A DNA stretch of 64,000 nt from an uncultured Chloroflexia bacterium (GTDB lineage Bacteria; Chloroflexota; Limnocylindria; Limnocylindrales; CSP1-4), in assembly GCA_963749705.1 (NCBI GenBank), contig CAVVNQ010000004.1, positions 250,204 through 314,203 on the forward strand. Direction: 5' to 3'. Below the pieces are notes generated by a model that saw only the letters and a program-made list of their open reading frames with translations, was not told the DNA's origin and made no database searches. The stretch's first letter is position 1, and each line of letters starts with the position of its first letter. The position numbers and the translations under genes were made by a program. Below are positions 60,460-64,000 of this stretch, piece after piece.

Positions 60460-60521
60460 TGGAGCGGGAGACGGGGTTCGAACCCGCGACATGCAGCTTG
60501 GAAGGCTGCCGCTCTGCCAAC
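60460..60521 (-). pseudogene. 3' fragment of tRNA-Gly(TCC); att site of an integrated element
   Basis: GTTGGCAGAGCGGCAGCCTTCCAAGCTGCATGTCGCGGGTTCGAACCCCGTCTCCCGCTCCA retains the anticodon arm, T arm and CCA. The 5' acceptor/D strand is replaced by TCCATAGCGACCCG, which cannot pair. Confidence 0.85.
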
Positions 60522-60642
60522 CGGGTCGCTATGGACCGGATTACAACTGTAGCGAGCGTGAATACAGCAACAATCAGGTGTTGAGGCTGCCGCTCCCCGT
60601 GTCCCAGTCTCGACCCTGAGTCAAGGGCGGTAGCCTGCGACG

Positions 60643-61122
60643 ATGACCAGGCAGCGCGTTCCGTACGACATCGACAGGTTCTTCGTCTTCCTGAACTCCA
60701 AGGACGATCTGACAGCGGTCATCCACGGGCTCTCTACGGTCGAGGCGCTAATGGACGACGCATTGGAGCAACGCCTTGCTGCCGAAGGACTGAAGGGCAA
60801 CGAACTCATTGCCGCGCCCATGGTGCAGAAGGCAGCCGTCCTCACCGCATTGGGCATGTTCGACGCCGAGGCGCACGCACTGCTCATAGAACTCAGTCGG
60901 GTGCGGAACGACTTCGCCCACCGCCTGCGCGACACCTTGACCAAGCCCGATGGCGTGAAGGTGTGGGACGCACTCCCGTCTCCGGCGAAGACGCGCTCCT
61001 ATCCGCGCTTCAGCCGTGATAGCGACCCGAAGCGTCTCGTTCGATGGGGAATAGTCCTGCTGACCGTCCGTCTACAAAATCGGGCGATCAACGGCCACGA
61101 CGCCTCAGTCCCCTATTGCTGA
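60643..61122 (+). CDS. HEPN/MtlR-like (DUF4145-type) protein
   Basis: DDLTAVI...VEALM and RNDFAH (Rx4H) motif. Confidence 0.6.
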   Translation: MTRQRVPYDIDRFFVFLNSKDDLTAVIHGLSTVEALMDDALEQRLAAEGLKGNELIAAPMVQKAAVLTALGMFDAEAHALLIELSRVRNDFAHRLRDTLTKPDGVKVWDALPSPAKTRSYPRFSRDSDPKRLVRWGIVLLTVRLQNRAINGHDASVPYC

Positions 61123-61316
61123 AAGCCGAGCGCCTCGCGCGCAAGCGGTGGGATGTCTTTGCAGTCCGCCAGCGGGATGTCCCCGCGACCGATGGCGTCG
61201 ATGGCCCTCTGCCACCAGAACGGAAACCGCCAGATGGCGCCATTGAGCGTCAGGCGCTTCAGGTGCGCAGGGTCGTCGAGGTTGATGTGGACGCAGCGCG
61301 GTTGCAGGGCGTTCAT
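61113..61316 (-). CDS. small hypothetical protein (67 aa)
   Basis: MNALQPRCVHINLDD...; ATGA-coupled to the upstream small membrane ORF. Confidence 0.4.
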   Translation of the reverse strand: MNALQPRCVHINLDDPAHLKRLTLNGAIWRFPFWWQRAIDAIGRGDIPLADCKDIPPLAREALGFQQ

Positions 61317-61516
61317 TCGCGACCACCGATCATGGCGACGGCGAGGTTGACGCACCAGAGAGCGAGCCCGCCAAAGAACGCGAGGTAGAGCGCGGTCCCG
61401 ACCAGAGGCCCGATGGGCATGACGACGTACATGAGGATCAAGGCGAGGCCGATCCCAGCGGCTGGGATGGTCGATAGGACGGCGAGGCCGTAGAGCAGGG
61501 TGCGTAGCGTTTCCAC
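61313..61516 (-). CDS. small two-TM membrane protein
   Basis: Two hydrophobic helices (LLYGLAVL...YVVM; LVGTALYL...AVAMI). Confidence 0.5.
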   Translation of the reverse strand: METLRTLLYGLAVLSTIPAAGIGLALILMYVVMPIGPLVGTALYLAFFGGLALWCVNLAVAMIGGRE

Positions 61517-61740
61517 GCGTATGAGCGTAGGCCCCGCTTCCAAGCAAACCGCCATTGCCCGCCGACGTGAACGATGAACTACGCAAGCGCTGGCAGTACG
61601 TCATCCTCGATCGCACGACGTGCGCGACGCTCCCTACGCGAGCACCCAAATACCCAGTGACTGGGGACGGCGCTACCCATACGCTCGCGATGCCGTAGCG
61701 CAAGGCGCTGGTTAGGTTCGATCCGAGTGCGGGCCGACCT

Positions 61741-61815
61741 CCACGAAAAGGCACACCCGTCGCGAGGCGGGGCCGCAAAGCCACGGGACTCCATGAGTCA
61801 GCCGGGTTGCCGAAT
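61741..61815 (+). ncRNA. c-di-GMP-I (GEMM-I) riboswitch
   Basis: GAAAAGGCACA-CCCGTC-GCGA-GGCGGG-GCCGCAAAGCCACGG-GACTC-CAT-GAGTC-AGCCGGGTTGCCGAA: P2 with GNRA loop, GCAAAGC junction, P3 receptor and 3' GCCGA. Confidence 0.85.
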
Positions 61816-61829
61816 GAAGGTGTTCGACC

Positions 61830-62081
61830 ATGTTCTGGGATGGAACGCGCTGGATCGCGGTAGCGCTCGTCGGTCACTACGTGGCCACCGCGTCAATCGC
61901 CTCCCTCGCCGCGGCCGTCGTACTGCTCGTCTTGCCCGCGACGCACTCGACTCGGGTCCGCCTTCAAGCCTGGGGTCTGCGCCTGGACGTGTCCCCGCGG
62001 CCCCGGCGCAGACGACGTTCGAGCCGCCCACACGCTCGATCGACTCGCCACCGGCAACCTAGCCGCCCCGTTGCCCGCTGA
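61830..62081 (+). CDS. small single-TM protein downstream of the riboswitch
   Basis: MFWDGTRW start (WDGxxW), hydrophobic segment, AAGGTG RBS. Confidence 0.45.
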   Translation: MFWDGTRWIAVALVGHYVATASIASLAAAVVLLVLPATHSTRVRLQAWGLRLDVSPRPRRRRRSSRPHARSTRHRQPSRPVAR

Positions 62082-62254
62082 CCCGGCTGTCACTCGCGGC
62101 GCGGTGCAGAGCGTGTACCCGCGGCCCAATGGGCGCCTCATACTTACCCACGTTTCGTGCCGTGAATTGGGGGTGACATGGACTTCAACGACTGTGACGT
62201 ATCGCTCGCCATCCGTGGCATCAGCAACCAACGCGCGTGCGCCCGGTCGCACCA

Positions 62255-63154
62255 ATGACTGCGCCGAAGTCGCGCGGTAGAACACCCCGCCGTCGTCGGC
62301 CAATCCGGCCCAGTCCGGCTGAACAAAAGCAAGCCCTCGCAGCGGTTGAGGAGGCGAAGGCGCGCAACTACGAGTCGTGGGCGATAGATCCGATGAACCT
62401 CTGGCGCAGGCGAACTAAGAACGTAGTGGACCTGATCGAGGTCGCAGGCGCTGGTATCTCAATGCTGGTGGGTGCGCCAGCGTTGGTAGAAGCGCTGAAC
62501 AAGCTCGATCACGCACCTGTCGAGGATCTGACGAGAGCGCGGCATCACGAGCAACGGGAGGCGAGGGCTCACGAGCAGGCGGCATTGGCCAAGCGGGAGG
62601 TCGAGGCGGACTTTCCCCTATTGCACGCCCTCGGGTGCGCCTGGCTGTGGACTTCGCTCGAAACCCTAGTCGAGGACGTGATGGTTGCGGTGCTGGCCAA
62701 CGATCCCCTGGCTGCGGACGCGGACACAATCAGGGATCTTCGAATACCGATGTCGGCGGCGGCAACGGGCGACAAGGAACACCTTGCGTTGGCCGCGTAC
62801 CAGGAACTGGAACTGAAGAGGGGGTCAGCCTTTCGGAGCGGGGTGACGCGGTTCGAGGGGTTGCTCGGCGCCGTCGGCCTCAAGGGTCCTATTCCAACTC
62901 AAGTCAGGAATAGAGTCTTCGAACTTGGCCAGGTTCGGAACGTCGTCCTGCATCGCGGCGGCATCGCTGACCGTGCCTTCGTCGAGGCGTGCCCCTCGTT
63001 CGGACAGGAAACGGGCAAGCCGCTAGCGATCACGCATGACGTGTTCACCCTATATGTATTCGCGACCATGCACTACGCGGCGATCGTTGAGTCGCGCCTC
63101 GGCATCAAATACCCGAGGGAGCCCGCGGCGACGACCACGCCGCTTGACTCATAG
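62255..63154 (+). CDS. HEPN-domain-like protein
   Basis: WTSLETLVED helix and RNVVLHRGGIAD (Rx4H) motif. Confidence 0.6.
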   Translation: MTAPKSRGRTPRRRRPIRPSPAEQKQALAAVEEAKARNYESWAIDPMNLWRRRTKNVVDLIEVAGAGISMLVGAPALVEALNKLDHAPVEDLTRARHHEQREARAHEQAALAKREVEADFPLLHALGCAWLWTSLETLVEDVMVAVLANDPLAADADTIRDLRIPMSAAATGDKEHLALAAYQELELKRGSAFRSGVTRFEGLLGAVGLKGPIPTQVRNRVFELGQVRNVVLHRGGIADRAFVEACPSFGQETGKPLAITHDVFTLYVFATMHYAAIVESRLGIKYPREPAATTTPLDS

Positions 63155-63289
63155 CGTCGATCGAAATCCGCGGCCCTTGTTCGTCACTCGTCGCCATTCC
63201 GGTGCTTAGTCGGTAGGCCCGCAGATGCGGCCTTCTCTCGCCCATACCGCGTGGCGGTCGGTCGCTTGGGCGTCAGGGCTTCCGCTTCC

Positions 63290-63808
63290 TCATAACGCGA
63301 GGTCCACGTCCGCCAGGGTCAAGTTGGCAACTTCGGACAGCCGCGCCCCGGTAGTCGCGAGCATGAGCAGGATGGCCCGGTCACGCCGAGCGCGATAGGC
63401 GTGCTTGCTGCGCTCCACGGTGGTGCGCAGGATTGCCGCCCACTCGTCATCGGTGACGAACTCCACCGGCTGGACAACCACCTTGGGAGCGGCCACGGCA
63501 TCTACCGGGCTTTTTGTCAGGTACTCGCGCTTCACGCACCAGCCGAAGAACGTCCGCAGCGGGCGGTAGACGGTGGAGCGACCAGCCGGGGTCATGCCGC
63601 CATCGGCCAGGTCGATCAGTAGCGACTCGATGTCCTCGGTGGTGATCCGGTGGAGCGGCTTCGCCGCGGTCACGCGCTCCACCAGCTTGCCGCTGGCGTA
63701 GGCGTACGCCTTCACGGTGCGTGCGCTCTTGCCACCGACGCGCAGCGAGCGGTCCCACGCAGCCAGCGCGTCGCCCAGGGTCAGGGCTTCAGGAAGGGGC
63801 TTGGTCAT
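63290..63808 (-). pseudogene. truncated tyrosine recombinase/integrase
   Basis: SAM-like N-domain (KSARTVKAY, LRTFFGW), RDRAIL and TGARLSE (first catalytic Arg). Stops after LADVDLAL; K, HxxR, H/W and Y are missing. Confidence 0.8.
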
Positions 63809-64000
63809 TCTCGGCATCTCGGGCCTCCGTTTTCTGGCCCGGTCCATGTGTTGCGAGTGCCGATGCCTTCCTATAAAGGTAGTCGCTGCGATGTGCGGGA
63901 TTGACCGCTGTAGCCCGCAGGTTTGTTGCTCTGGACGGCTGGAGGGCCGTCTGTCTCAGCAACAGCCTTTTCGGTTAGCACGCTCAAACAGAGCGACAAA

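Larger units (their letters stand above)
60460..64000. mobile_element. tRNA-Gly-targeted integrative island (extends beyond the window)
   Basis: tRNA 3' fragment at the boundary, visibly lower GC and altered codon use, tyrosine integrase remnant, cargo-like ORFs. Confidence 0.75.

Noticed and set aside
60460-60535. Intact tRNA-Gly gene
   Set aside because: The 5' acceptor and D-stem strands do not pair; treated as an att fragment.
61893-62303. 136-aa minus-strand ORF in the island
   Set aside because: TTG start without an RBS, overlaps better-supported + strand ORFs, no motif.

Overview
This is a very GC-rich bacterial window; the gene styles suggest Chloroflexota/Limnocylindria or an actinobacterial-like lineage (inference). 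From left to right it contains: (1) 1-12.9 kb, an inositol/phosphodiester catabolic locus (iolB, iolD, HAD phosphatase, frameshifted ABC binding protein, GntR, glycerophosphodiesterase, ABC transporter, epimerase, dehydrogenase, ROK-SIS fusion); (2) housekeeping genes (phosphotriesterase-like, MMPL, MUG, class III aminotransferase); (3) about 19-47 kb, a hypoxia/redox cluster with ArsR-DsrE-TusA-DsrE-TusA-SQR sulfur handling, a 4-subunit 2-oxoacid:ferredoxin oxidoreductase, a CtpF-like P-type ATPase, a CBS protein, a group 3b [NiFe]-hydrogenase with fused beta-gamma subunit, two stand-alone eRF1-domain proteins, ADH, CoA-transferase, a two-domain laccase, a USP and a DosS/DosR-like two-component pair, with tandem Dos-box-like palindromes 22 bp apart in several promoters; (4) amine catabolism, fabI, a Fur/Nur regulator with a Ni permease, a DUF4395 gene preceded by an unannotated leaderless Cys-containing short ORF, and glgA; (5) from 60.46 kb, an integrative island bounded by a 3' tRNA-Gly fragment, carrying two HEPN-like genes, a c-di-GMP-I riboswitch and a truncated tyrosine integrase. 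All calls come from motif recognition by eye; no database searches were run.
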